Below, one piece after another: positions 37,671 through 49,791 of a stretch of DNA of 64,000 nucleotides. The position numbers and the translations under genes are program-made. Source of the DNA: Lama glama (Eukaryota). The DNA lies in the NCBI GenBank assembly GCA_028534125.1, contig CM052818.1:248001-312000 (forward strand), given 5' to 3'. Position 1 is the stretch's first letter; every line of letters starts with the position of its first letter. The notes below the pieces were generated by a model. The model ran no database searches, was not told where the DNA came from, and saw only the letters and a list, made by a program, of their open reading frames with translations.

Positions 37671-39299
37671 GTTGTGGGGGCTGGCGCCTCCGAGCCGGTG
37701 AGACTGGGCGCCTGGAGGGGGATGTTCCTACCATCCCTTGGAGGGTGGGCACCGAGGAGCAGCTTGGCCTGCGTCAGACACGTGGTTCCCAAAGGACCCC
37801 CGCCCCTGTGCCAGCCCTAGCCCCTCAACCCCAACCCACTCTGGTGCCGTGGTCCAGGCTGCCCGATACCCTTGTGAGCCAAAATGCCTTCTGAGGCTAG
37901 TGGATAGGTCTCCCTGGGAGCACGGATCTTCCGGTTCATTCTCCAGGGTTTCCCAGGAAAAACTCTGCCCCTCCTTTCTCCCCAGCAGATGGGCTGGCAG
38001 CCTGGCGCCTAGGGCAGTGTAAGGGGTCTTTTCTCTCCAGGGAACCAAGAATGATATTTGGGCATCTGGGCAGGAAGAAAGAGAAGAGAAAGAAGGCAGT
38101 GGGGTTTCTCCCCACACAAAGCCAGCAGTCCCTCAGTGTTCTCAGAAGCTTCAGTTTGAAGGGGGTGAATGATGGGGGAGGGAGGGGTGAACATTAATAA
38201 TATGTGACATCCTCCCCCAACCTTGTCCACCTCCATCATCCAGTTTCTCCAGCCCTTTCCCCTTCCTACCAATAGCCACCTTCTGAAAGGGGTGGGGGTC
38301 CTACCACGTTGGCAGCTGTTTTTGGTGAAGAAGATGTCTCCTCCCCTAAGCCTTCACAGAACTCCAAGCACCTTTTCTTTGCAGCAGTGGAGGGGCTGAG
38401 GCTACTAGGGAGCATGAGTCCCCTGCCGCTCAGGTAAACACTTCGGAGGTATCATGGGCTAGATTCCCCCAGATGAGACCAGAGAGCCTAGGAAGACAGT
38501 GAAGTAAATAAAGTATCCGAAGAGGGGCTGGCCTGCATGTTAGGAGTTTGCCATTCCCTTTTCCCACTCTAGCAGTGGGCCTCTGGTTAGACAGATTGGA
38601 GGCACTCATGTGTCTCCAATCAAGCTGAATAAATCCTTCTCAAATGAATCAGTGACTGAACCAATGAAGGGGAAAAAGGCAGCATCGTGCAGACCTGTAT
38701 GTCTGCTTACTGTACATCCTACCTTTCGAGGTCAGCACAGATGGCACTGCCACCCAGAGATTGCCCAAATGATTGATTCCTGGAGGAGAATGGTCACAAA
38801 CCCAGTAATACACATCTTCTGAGGAATATATATATATATATACATTGCTCCACTTCAAGGCCAAAAGGTATCCAGTTCTGTCAACCACAGTCCTAGGAAT
38901 TTCTCTGCTTGCCTCTTCCTTGATGATTTCCTGATTCTCTGAAAAGGATGGTTCCTGCTAGTTTATGTTGATGATGGAGGCTCTGGGGTCAGCACCATCA
39001 CCTCCCATACACACTGCCTTGGATCCATCTCACTATATCCTTCCTACATGCACATGGCCACTCAAGTCGTCAAGTTTTCATGCCTTCAAACCGCAGCTTC
39101 ACAGGGAGAGGCCATGTTCCCAGCCTGTGCTCCCGCATCTTCTCTTCCTTTCTGCTCTTGGTCTGGTGTCTTTCCCTCGAGATGGTCCCAATTCTTGTAT
39201 CATCATTTCTTTCATCAACTTAGTCCTTCCTACCCACAACTGTTTTAGGTCTATATTATCTGAACAAAGTCTTTGCCTAACTCTTTAAGAGAAATTATT

Positions 39300-41250
39300 T
39301 TTTTCTTTTTCCCTTTTACTGCCCATACCCACGGCCTCCCTTTCCTCATTATTTATTCTTTTCACCCACTGCAAGCTGGCTTCACTACGTGGACCCTTTC
39401 TCAGAGAGCTCCAGTGTCCGGTGTCTATTATCCGGAACTTCTCTGAAACAGTTTTTGTTGTTGCTGACCATCAACTATTTCTTAAAATGTCCCTTCTTTT
39501 AGCTTCTGTAATATTTGTCTTATTCTACATCTTTAGACATTTACAGTCAATGCTTATGTTTTCCCTCCAGTGACTTTTCTTCCACTGAAGACTGTGAACA
39601 TTCTTCAGAGCTCAGACTTCAGCTTTACCCATCTCTACATCCGTTCAGGTTTCACCCACTCCAATAGTTCCATCTATTACATTTACCCACAAAACTCTCA
39701 GACCTCTGTCCCTGGTTCTGACATTTGCTGTACTCCACCCCACCATTCTTGTTTTCAGGCCAGCTCCATCTGCTTTTGCTGTAGCCACCTTAAGTGCAAA
39801 AGGCTGGAGGACATGCTTCCCCTCAAGCTCCTTATTCACCTCCTCTTATTATTCTTTTCTTTGAAATGTTTCATCTGTAGCCCTTCCTTTCCATTTCCAG
39901 AGATAAAAAGGCTAATGTAGGCCATCATTACCACCATCACCTACATGCATATATTCATCCAGAAAATTTTGATTGAACACCTACTTTGTGCCTGGCACTG
40001 GAGATACAGCTGTAAATGCAACAACAATCACTGCCATTGAGCAGTTTACATTCTAGTGGGGAAGGCAGGTGAAAAACAAGAAAATATATAAAACATGCTT
40101 AATAATAAAAATGCTAATAAAAAAATAAAGCAAGGAAGGGGAAGAAGAAGTGTAAGAGTGGGGAATTATGATTTATCTAGACTGATCACAGAAGGCCTCA
40201 TGGAGTAAAAACCAAAAGGAAGAAAATGACCATTTGGATATCTGAGCATTTCAAGTTGGAGACACAGTGGGAATATATCCTAGTGTATCTGTGGGACAAA
40301 CAGTGAGGGATCCAGTGTGGCTGGAGAGACGCAGTGACTGCAAGAGACCATGAAAGGCCTTGACCGCTGTAAGGAGTTGGGTTTTTATTCTAATTGAAAA
40401 GGGAAGCTATTGCAAGGTTTTAAACAGAAAAGTAAGGCAACTTATTTTCAAATTTTATTTTAAACAGCTTCCTTAAGGTAAAATACATACAATAATCTAT
40501 ATATATTTAAAGTGTACAGTTTGATAAGTTGACATGTTTACACCCATGAAGTCATCAACATAATCAAGATAATAAATATCCATCAACTGAAAAGCTTTCC
40601 TTGTATCCTTTTTTATATGTTTTTACCAGAATCACTCTGAGCTGCTACGTTGAGTATAAGCTAAAGAGGGGTAAAAAAGGAGGCAAGATGCCACTGTAAT
40701 TATCCAGAAGAGAGGTGATGGCATCTCGGACCAGGGAGATAAGCAGTGGCTATAGTGAGAAGTAGCTGATTAAAAACTCACTAAACTCGTAACTTCCTGC
40801 TGCTTATCCACTCTAATTCACTCTGAAGACAAACGAACAAATATGTTTCTTTCATAGGATAACTCCCTCCCTACAAAAACGTATTTTAGTTACATAGTGC
40901 CCTGAGGCTATAGTCCCAATTCCATTAGGCCCTGCTGCTTCGATCCCTACTCTCAAATCTACATCTTGGCCTCCTTATATTCCCGCTCCTTTCATTCCCC
41001 TCCACTTTGCCTTTCTTTTCTATTCCCACCACACTTCTCACCCCTACCCGCACCCCTAGTCTCTAAATTTTACCCACACAAATCCCACTTCCTCCTGAAA
41101 GTCTTTCAGGGTCTCTACTGGGATCTCTCCTTTCTTGAGTCTCCAATTGCACTTGATGTTAATACTTCATAGTAATCTTACCTCTTTTTTTTTTTTTTGA
41201 CTCATAGTAATCTTACCCTTGTTTTGTTTTGTCTCGTTTTCTAATCTCTC
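39300..41250. mobile_element. L2/L1-derived decayed repeats between TLX2 and PCGF1
   Basis: L2 tail motif GATTGAACACCTACTTTGTGCCTGGCACTGGAGATACAG near 39970; L1 3'-like TTTAAAGTGTACAGTTTGATAAG near 40510; boundaries approximate. Confidence 0.55.
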
Positions 41251-41559
41251 TTTTGCCCAGGGACATCGATGTACCAGCTCTAGGGCCCCGACGTCCTCCC
41301 CAAGTACAAGACTGGGCCTATGCTACTGCAGAAGCTCTCTGCCTCAGCGTGTCTGTGTGCGGTAGTGTCCTAGCCGCCCTCCCCTCCTTCTTGGGCATCT
41401 GCTCTGCATTAGTCTGTCCCAGGCCTCCGCAGGCGCCGGTGATTGAATCATCATCATTAACCAGGGCCTGCCCCCCCTGCCCCAATTCTCGGCGGCAGCG
41501 GGGAGGAAGGGGCGGGGGTAAGATCACTACCAAGTCCCTGGAGGTCCCTCCCTCCGCCA

Positions 41560-42400
41560 CCCTCTCCGAGATTTCGCATAGCCCCAAGAAACTCCCGCTG
41601 TGGAGCCGGGAGAAGGCCCGCCATCGGTATGAAGCTCCGTAACGCGGACGCGTCAGCCGAGGAGGGCTGCACTAGAAGTAAAAGGCCCGGAGGGGCTTCT
41701 TTAGCGGGGATGTCGTCACAGGAGATCGACGACCGTGAGCGGTGGCGGGCGAAGACCGCCGGGCCTGTCGGGGTAGAAGGTGGGGGTCTTTTGCAGGCTC
41801 CAAAAGTTAGTCCCGAGGTCGTGTAGGGTCTATTATGATGATTACTACAACAGGTCAATGAGATAGGACCCCTTCCTACGCGCCCCCTACTCCCTAATTA
41901 CAGATTGAGGAGGGGGAGGGGCCAGTGGGGCTCAGGTGAGCACACGGGGAGAAAGGGACGTGGGCGGGGCCTTACAGAGGGTCAGCGAATCCGAAAAGAC
42001 TTAAGCCTTCGTTGCGAGGCGACAAGTCCCGCCCCGCAGGCGGCACCGGAAGTGGCAGGCCAGGATCAGCCTTTAAGATGGCGTCTCCTCAGGGGGGCCA
42101 GATTGCGATCGCGATGAGGCTTCGGAACCAGCTCCAGTCAGTGTACAAGATGGACCCGCTACGAAACGAGGTGCAGGGGCGGCAGGGTTATCACTGTGGT
42201 CGGCTAGCGGTGCGAACTGGGGCCGGCTAGAGGACGGGCGGTGGCTGGCCGGGTGCCCAGTGCGCCTGCGCAGAGGCAGGGTGCCCAATGCGCCTGCGCG
42301 ATTGCGGTTGGGTTGCCAAACTCCGGGCTAGGACGCCTGCGCATTGTGCTGCCTACGTCTTGTAGTCTCCCCTGGGAAAGGAAAGTCGGGAGAGTCCACG
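41560..42400. promoter_or_regulatory. PCGF1 CpG-island promoter
   Basis: ETS ACCGGAAGTG at 42046-42055, YY1-like AAGATGGCG over the ATG, GC box, three NRF1-like CGCCTGCGC sites in intron 1 (~42261, 42289, 42334). Confidence 0.75.
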
Positions 42401-44248
42401 TAAACCGAACCCCAGCTGTGCACGGAGCCCTCTGCCGGGCAGAAGGGGAGTGCCAGCCCTCGGGAGCTAATTCTCAGCTAACCGCGCAGGGTGCGGGGCT
42501 TGGCCTTGGGATACAATGAGAGGTGACTTCTAAGTTGTGAAGGCCCACGGGTTGGGGTTGGGGGAGTGATCGTTGACCGAGGTTGTGTTTGCAGGAGGAG
42601 GTCCGAGTAAAGATCAAAGACTTAAATGAGCACATCGTCTGCTGCTTGTGCGCAGGCTACTTCGTGGACGCCACCACCATCACAGAGTGTCTTCATACGT
42701 GTGAGTGCTCTGGACTCTGGCTGGTTCTTCCAGGCCCTACTCCCCGCCAAACTGGCTGCCAGCCTCTAGGCTGCTTCCCCAACCACCCAGGCACCCCGAC
42801 CCAGCCCATGAACTCGATTTCCAGAGGGCCTGAGAATCTACTTTTCTCTTCATGCAGTCTGCAAGAGCTGTATTGTGAAGTACCTCCAAACCAGCAAGTA
42901 CTGCCCCATGTGCAACATCAAGATCCATGAGACACAGCCACTGCTCAACCTCAAACTGGACCGGGTCATGCAGGACATCGTGTACAAGCTAGTGCCTGGT
43001 TTGCAAGACAGTGAGTGACCAGCCTTTGAGGGGTCTCTAGAGGACTGATGCGGGGTGGCAGGTTATGGTGACAAGGGCTTTGGTGGGAATCATGCAGGTA
43101 AAGAGGCCGACAGCTAAAAGGACAAAGAGTGCGGGAGGGCCTATACTTCCCACACTCCACTCCCTTCTAGGTGAAGAGAAACGGATCCGAGAATTCTACC
43201 AGTCCCGAGGCTTGGACCGAGTCACCCAACCCAGCGGGGAAGGTATGTCCCTTGGTGGCAGGAGGGTACGGTAAAGCCCCAGAGCATTCCTCCTGCCCAG
43301 TTTTGCTCCCTGGGGAAGGAGTATGGAACATGTGCCAACCCTCCTCACTACTCCGTCTTTCTCAGAGCCAGCCCTGAGCAACCTTGGCCTCCCCTTCAGC
43401 AGCTTCGACCACTCCAAAGCCCACTACTACCGCTATGATGAGCAGCTGAGCCTATGTCTGGAGCGGCTGAGGTGAGGGGCAGGTCATGGACCATCTGAAG
43501 TGACAGTGACAATGACCCAGAGCCAGAGAGGGGCTCAGGGTGGGACCGAGCAGTGAAGGAGTGTCTGTTTCCCTTGGAGAGAGAGTATATCTTGGCTCTG
43601 GGTGGGGGGCAGGGGAAAGATAGGGCTCCCTAACCTGTGTCTGTTTCCCCTCAGTTCTGGCAAAGACAAGAGTAAAAGCGTCCTTCAGGTGAGAGGGGCT
43701 TAAGGGAGGGCCTCTCTAAGGAGACTTACCTCCCCATGGCCCTTCCCTCACACACCTTATCCTCTTCCTTTCCCTTCTGACCCCCCAGAACAAATATGTC
43801 CGATGTTCTGTTAGAGCTGAGGTTCGCCATCTCCGGAGGGTCTTATGTCACCGCTTGATGCTGAATCCCCAGCATGTGAGTATTCCCACAGCAGGGTTTT
43901 CTGGGGCAGGGGAGAAGGGACTAAGAAAGGAGGAACACAGTCTGGGGTAGACCAGGGTAGTTCTTGACCTATGCAGGAGGAGAGTTCCTAAAACTGTGCC
44001 CCCATCTCCCGCCTAGGTGCAGCTCCTTTTTGACAATGAAGTTCTCCCTGATCACATGACCATGAAGCAGATATGGCTCTCCCGCTGGTTCGGCAAGGTG
44101 AGCCAGTGCCAAGGCAGTCCCCAGGGCAGGGGTGGGCTGAGGTGGCCTTTTGGGTAGGAACGTTCCTGCTGACTACCTCCTCCCCTTGTTCTCTCCTTAG
44201 CCATCCCCTTTGCTTTTACAATACAGTGTAAAAGAGAAGAGGAGGTAG
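42078..44248 (+). CDS. PCGF1: Polycomb group RING finger 1 (NSPc1), 259 aa
   Basis: Exons 42078-42170, 42595-42700, 42858-43010, 43171-43242, 43366-43471, 43655-43688, 43789-43875, 44017-44097, 44201-44248 (780 nt). C3HC4 RING [26 protein letters not shown]..CPMC, RAWUL domain, AATAAA at 44326. Confidence 0.98.
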
Positions 44249-44699
44249 GGGCCAAGCCCCCACCCCACCCCTCCCCATTCCCTCCCAGATATTTATGTGA
44301 AATTAACCTCGGCTTTATTTTTTGAAATAAAAACTTTTAAAAAGCATCTCTCTTTTCCCTTTTTGTTCTGCCACACGCATGCTTTGTCCTGTGACCTGCT
44401 TCCCTCTTGAGAAATCCTCTGGAGTTTCATCAAGAAGGAGGGCCTCTCTTTGTCGGTGGTCCCTCAGTGAATTGCCAAAGGAAAGTGGTAGAGGACCCTA
44501 CGTATGTAAAACTCAGAAGGTGAGCTAAGTGAAACCAGGTCATGCAAATCAGCTTCTTTTTGGTGAAGGGAAGGGGAGCTCTCACTGTCCTTGAATGTTG
44601 CCACATATGATGCAGGCCTGAGTGGAGGTATCCTAATTCAAGAGTGGGGCTAGGGTTGGACAGTGGCCACTGCAGGGCTGAGGAAGAGTGATATTTTAA

Positions 44700-47100
44700 A
44701 GAAAATACAAAGAATTGCACTATGTGGGGAGGAGTCCTTAAAAAACTGAGACGCAAGACCACACCGGGGATAGTCACAGTTGGAAACCTGGCAATCCATA
44801 CAAGATTTGGTGGGTCTTCAGAAACATGGGCTGGGCGAAGCCAGGGAGTTGAGGAGGAGAGGAAGCTGGTGCTCAGGAGAGGCGGCTTTAAGGAACAAGA
44901 GGGAAGCAGCAAGTTTTCCTTGTCTGTATGAGCCAGACAGTAACAGGAGAGGCTGGAGGCCAATGCAAGGCATTCCTGAAGGAACCTAATGGGCTGTTGT
45001 GGAATCTGGGACAAACAGGATGGTGCAGGTGGCATAAATGTGGCCAGAACCTGATTTTAAAGCCTAAATCTCACACTGCCCAAAGTCTGACCCCATTAAT
45101 TCAAGGCGGTCTTTGGGCATAGCTGGTGAGGGCTGAAGGCACCTGAATTTCCCCAGATGGAGATTGAAGATTAGAGATTATGTGGCAGAGAACTCGGGAC
45201 GGGAGTAGTAAAGGCAGCCTGAACTGGCTGAGAGAGACAGTGACTCAGGGGGCAAACACCTGGGCTGTCTCCCAGAGCACAGTACGCCTGGGATGAAGCT
45301 CGTAGGCCAAGAGAATGGCCTGTGGATAGACTGCAGACAGCAAGGAAGAGCCCTTGGAGTGCACTGGGCAGGCAGTGGGGACCGGGATGGGGACACTGCA
45401 GAGCCACTGGCCCAGGCCCGATTCCTTCCTGACACCACTCCAAGATTCCTAAAGCTTCCCATGTCTCAGGCCTCATGCCTGGAATGTCTCCCCTGCCATA
45501 CTGAGCTGTCCTTGGAAGGCCTAAGTGTCACCTCCTCCAGGACGCCCTCCCTTAGTCAGAATCAGGGCTTCATCCACTGTCTGCAGCCTGCCTCCCCACC
45601 AGCATACATCTTGAGGTTTGGGATGAATTCTGTCTATCTCAGGATTTCCTGCTCTCTTCTCCTCTGGGGACTCCCAAGACCACTGCGCTCTGGTTGTTGT
45701 CAAGACATTTGTGTGTAAAAGGGTATTTCCAAGGAGTGACTCCAGAGGAAGAAATGTGGGCTGGAGGGGGATGGGATGAAGGTAAGGAGAATAGAAATGC
45801 CCCTGGGTACTTAGCAGGGGCCCCAGGAACTTGGGCGTAGTCAGATGGGGTTTGGCGGCAGATTGGCGCCTGGCACGTCCAGTCAGAAGATAAGGCTGCC
45901 CGAGGCCCGCCTGAGGACCAAGCCTGGGGATGAGGCCTGGCTTGTGGCCAAGAAGCAGCGGAAAGCGATCTGGGATGGAGCGGCTGTCCGCCTCGCCACC
46001 AGCTCAGCAGAGCCTTCTTTTTGTCTGTCAGCGGCCGGCGGTGGGGTGCAGCTGCCGGGCGTCTCCCGAGGTGGCTGATGCAGGCCGGCTGCAGGCACCA
46101 TGCTGCTCTCCCTCCATCCATGGGCTCATTACTCTCCTGCCTGGCTTGCCCCACGCAGACCTTGTCCCTCGGGGTCACCCGGGTCTTGATCTGCGCCAGG
46201 GCGGTCGAATCAAGCCAAGATTCTCTTGTGCGCGGCATTCAAAGCGAAGCCGCCCCAGTGCGCGGCCCTCCCTTTCCTGGGCGCCCAGCACCGAGGCTTC
46301 AGGGTGGAGGCATTAGTCCTCACCTGCAGGGCCAGGCCTGCCTGGCCCCTGCCCCTCCTCACCTAGCCGTTTCCGCGGTCCACACTTACCTGGGGAAGGG
46401 GGCACCGAGATTTGCTCCTGTCTTTGGCGCAGAGGGGGACCGGTCCCTCTCAGCCTGGCCAGTCTCTCCCAGGACTCGGGTGTGGGAAGGGGTGAGGAGC
46501 TGGGGAAAAGGGGCTTTCCTGGAACAGTGAGTCTCAAGGTGTACGCCCCTGTGAGCGGGTGGGGAGCGTCTGAGCATCCCCGCTCCCCTACCCAAGCCTA
46601 CACACCCGCGGGTTTCCCCGCGGCGGTTGCGCAGAGCTTTTTGTGAGCCGGCGTAAAGGGCCGAAAAGAACTCACAAACCTTAGGCCCTAGAAGTAAGAA
46701 AAAAATTTGTGTCTGAATCAGCTCTGTCTGCATTAACGACTTCTGAAAGAGAAACCATCCCAGAAGTGTGCGAGATGGACGGACGCCCCGCCCCACTTTC
46801 CTCTGCCTGGAGTTTCCTCCCTAAATTGCCGCTTCTCTCTTATTCTGGTTAATGATTTTCCCCAAGGGGAGGGGAGGACAGGACATGCACATCTCTTGAG
46901 ACTGTCCTTCTCAGCTATTCACTGCCCCAAGGAGGTAATTCTGATGATCCCCAAACACACCCCCCACGCACACGCAAAATTGGGAGAAATGGATGGATGG
47001 GAAATCCGGGAGACTGAAGGCCATTTATTGAGCAGATAGGGATGCCAAGAAGGGGGAGGGGGTACATCTAGGGCAGGCCTGAGTAAAGGAACCTGCAAGA
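44700..47100 (-). ncRNA. Region syntenic with human lncRNA LBX2-AS1 (transcription not demonstrated)
   Basis: Lies between the PCGF1 3' end and LBX2; CpG-rich at 45850-46800; perfect minus-strand donor CAG|GTAAGT at 46390/46389. Boundaries are guesses. Confidence 0.3.
46500..46693 (+). other. Non-coding counterpart of the human LBX2 upstream alternative first exon
   Basis: Translates in pieces as LGKRG..VSL and LRRAFCEPA*RAEKNSQTLGPR|GTAAG, resembling the recalled human isoform N-terminus (MGKRTSLEVSL...RRDLCKTASRAENNSQACRPQ). Confidence 0.5.
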
Positions 47101-49791
47101 TGAAAGGCTGAGGTGGGTATGGCGGATAAGAAGTACGGTGTCAGGGAATGAGAAATAAGATGGGGGTGATGAGGAAAGGGAATTCTAGAGGACAAGGCAG
47201 AGAGGGTTGGACCACAGGGGTGGGAGGAATGGCGGGAAGAGATGCACTGGAGGGCGGCAGCACTCCCAAAGTGTGGGGGGGTAGCCTATGAGACAGCTGA
47301 GCGCCCCGCCACCCCTGCCCCAGGCAGCCCAGAACCCAGGTTTAATCTCTTAATCTCCCTCATTAATCATTCACCCTCCTCCCACCCCACTCGGAGGATC
47401 TGGTTTCTCCCCAGCTCAGGTTCCAGGGGCTTTGCTGGGAAAAGTCCCCTCCTGTGGCCCCACAATTGTCTGGACAAGTCCCTGGCCGCTGGGATGACCT
47501 TAGCTGGGCTCTACTGCCAGCAGCTCCTCCCTTGAGTAGTCCTCCATCTCTCTCCGCCCCCAAACCTACATCTGGAGATCGCCAAACCCCACTGTCCAAC
47601 CCCATTCCTAAGCCTGGTTGCTCCGGGGAGAAGGTTGGAGAGACGGAAGGGGAGGAAAGCAAAGGCCCTACAGGAGAGCCCGAGCTGATACACAACAGTA
47701 ATTGAGAGCAGAAGAGATGACATAAAGGCCACATAGAGGGTGCACGAGTGAGGGTCGTAGTGTCTGGTGACAGGCCTGGGATATAAGCTAGGCAGTTCCT
47801 GCAGCCTCCTGGGACTCCCTTTAATTGCAGATTAAATGAAACCACCAGGATGGGTCAGAGGGCTGCATCCTCTAACTAGGAGGCCTTCTCCTGGCCCTCC
47901 TCCACCCTCCACCATTAATAACCAATAAACAAGATCCTGAGGCATCTCAGCTTTTCACACTCTGGTCTCTGACCCAACAGTGGCCCACTGGGCTGTGTTG
48001 CTCAGGCTGCCATGAGGGTATTATATGATTGTCTGGATGTGTCTTAGGGGATGGAGGGGTGTCATGGGAGGGAGCTTTTTACCAAGAAGACCCTGTGTTT
48101 CTTCACCTTTGTTGGGTGTGAGCTAGGTCAGTGCCTCAGGTCACACGAGGTTCCCTGACCCCCATTACCAAAGTCCCTTCCTGTCCTTATCAAAGGGTCT
48201 CTGACCCAGGTGCCTTGGATTTCCCAAGCTCAGGTTTAGGCACCCCAACTGCAGGCTCCACTTGCCCCAGGGAATAGACAGGGGGACCCAGAGGATCACT
48301 GCACAAATGGTGGGAGGTACAGAAGTCTACAGAGAAGGTGACATGATGGACAGTCCAGGAGAGACCGGCCCACATTTTCATGGCACTGTTCAAAAACTTC
48401 TGTGGAAACCCATAGCAGTTTCTTAGGGGTGGTGAGTTGCTTAGAGGTGGTGGGGCTTCTCTGCCTCTGGGCCGTGAACTCCCTAGCTCATTGGGAGGCA
48501 ATTTGTGAACAAAACCCTTTTTCCATGAGGCCTCCACTGGTGAGCAGTGCTGACCCAGAGGTGCTTTATTCCTACTAAGAAGGGCTGTGGTGCGAGCCCA
48601 GGACAATAGGTGTGGGAGTGAAGAGGGAAAGACAGGACACAGATAAAAGAGCAATGACTACCCCATGTCTTAGAATTTGTCCCTGGATAGGCAGGGGTTT
48701 CTGTCCCAGGATTTGGATGGGCAGATAAATTCTGCCCTTCAAGTCACTCTTCTATAGGGAGTGACCATAATTTTCCTCAGCAGTGACCAGTGGCCCTTCC
48801 TACTGCTGCTGATGCTAGGTGGTTTCTGGGCCTCCCAGGCTGAGGGACCCCTACTCCAATTACAGGAGCTTAATAAAGAAACAAAGACAGATGGACTGGT
48901 AGACCTAAAGAGTAAGCAGGAGGCCCTCGGTGAAGCCAGCCTTCATTGGCGAGGACCCCTCCTGGGCAGTAACCCTAGCTCGGGTTTGCTGTGTCCTCTC
49001 TCCTGAGGCCCAAGTCTCTGGCCCCTTCTCCGTGTGCTCTGGCTTCCTCAGGACCTCTGAGACGCGGCAGGACAGCCGTGAGTCCAGCCAGAGAGCCGGC
49101 AGAGTCCACTCACCTGCGCGCTTGATTCCCCACCGCATCCCCACTATTCCCCGATTGCAGTCGCTCTGCCAGTCCAGGTCCTCCCAAGTCTTGAGTCCCC
49201 CAGCCCCCAGCGCCGCGCTAATAATTTCCAGCCGCGCTGGACCTCTTAAAGAGCGTTCCACAGGGGTGGGGCGGGACGAGGGGGCCAGGTCAGGAGACAG
49301 AGGTCCTTACTAGGTGGGACTGGGGGGCTCCCAGCACTGTCAGCTCTACTCTCTCTCCTCGGAATTTTGCAAATCCCCAGCCGCTGGGGCCAGGGAAAGC
49401 GATTTTATTGCCTACGAGTTTATGAGCCAGAGCTGCGGCTAGGCGGGGAGTCTGTGGTACACAGAATCTGGGGGCCGCCCAGGAAGGGTCCAGCCCGAGT
49501 GTGCACGGGGCCGTGTCTGGCCTACGGCCGGGTCTGGCGGGATTGTTCCGCCGGTTGCTCTCCATACCTTCCCACCCTGTAGAAATACCGCTGCCTGGAC
49601 TTCTACCAGCTCCAGACCCACCGCGGCCCCGGGTTGGGGGGTGGGGGCGCAGGAGGAGGGGCATACGAGGCTCGGGCCCAGCGCGGGGGGCGGGTCCGAG
49701 TCGGGGGGCCCAGATCGGGAGCCGCGCTGGGGCCCAGGCAGTTGCGGAGCCCAGCGCAGCGGGCGGCGGGACTGCCACAGCCCGGCTGGCC

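Noticed and set aside
49501-49791. In-frame open extension upstream of the LBX2 ATG
   Set aside because: GTG start with G/P/A/R-rich sequence typical of a GC-rich 5' UTR; no supporting signal.
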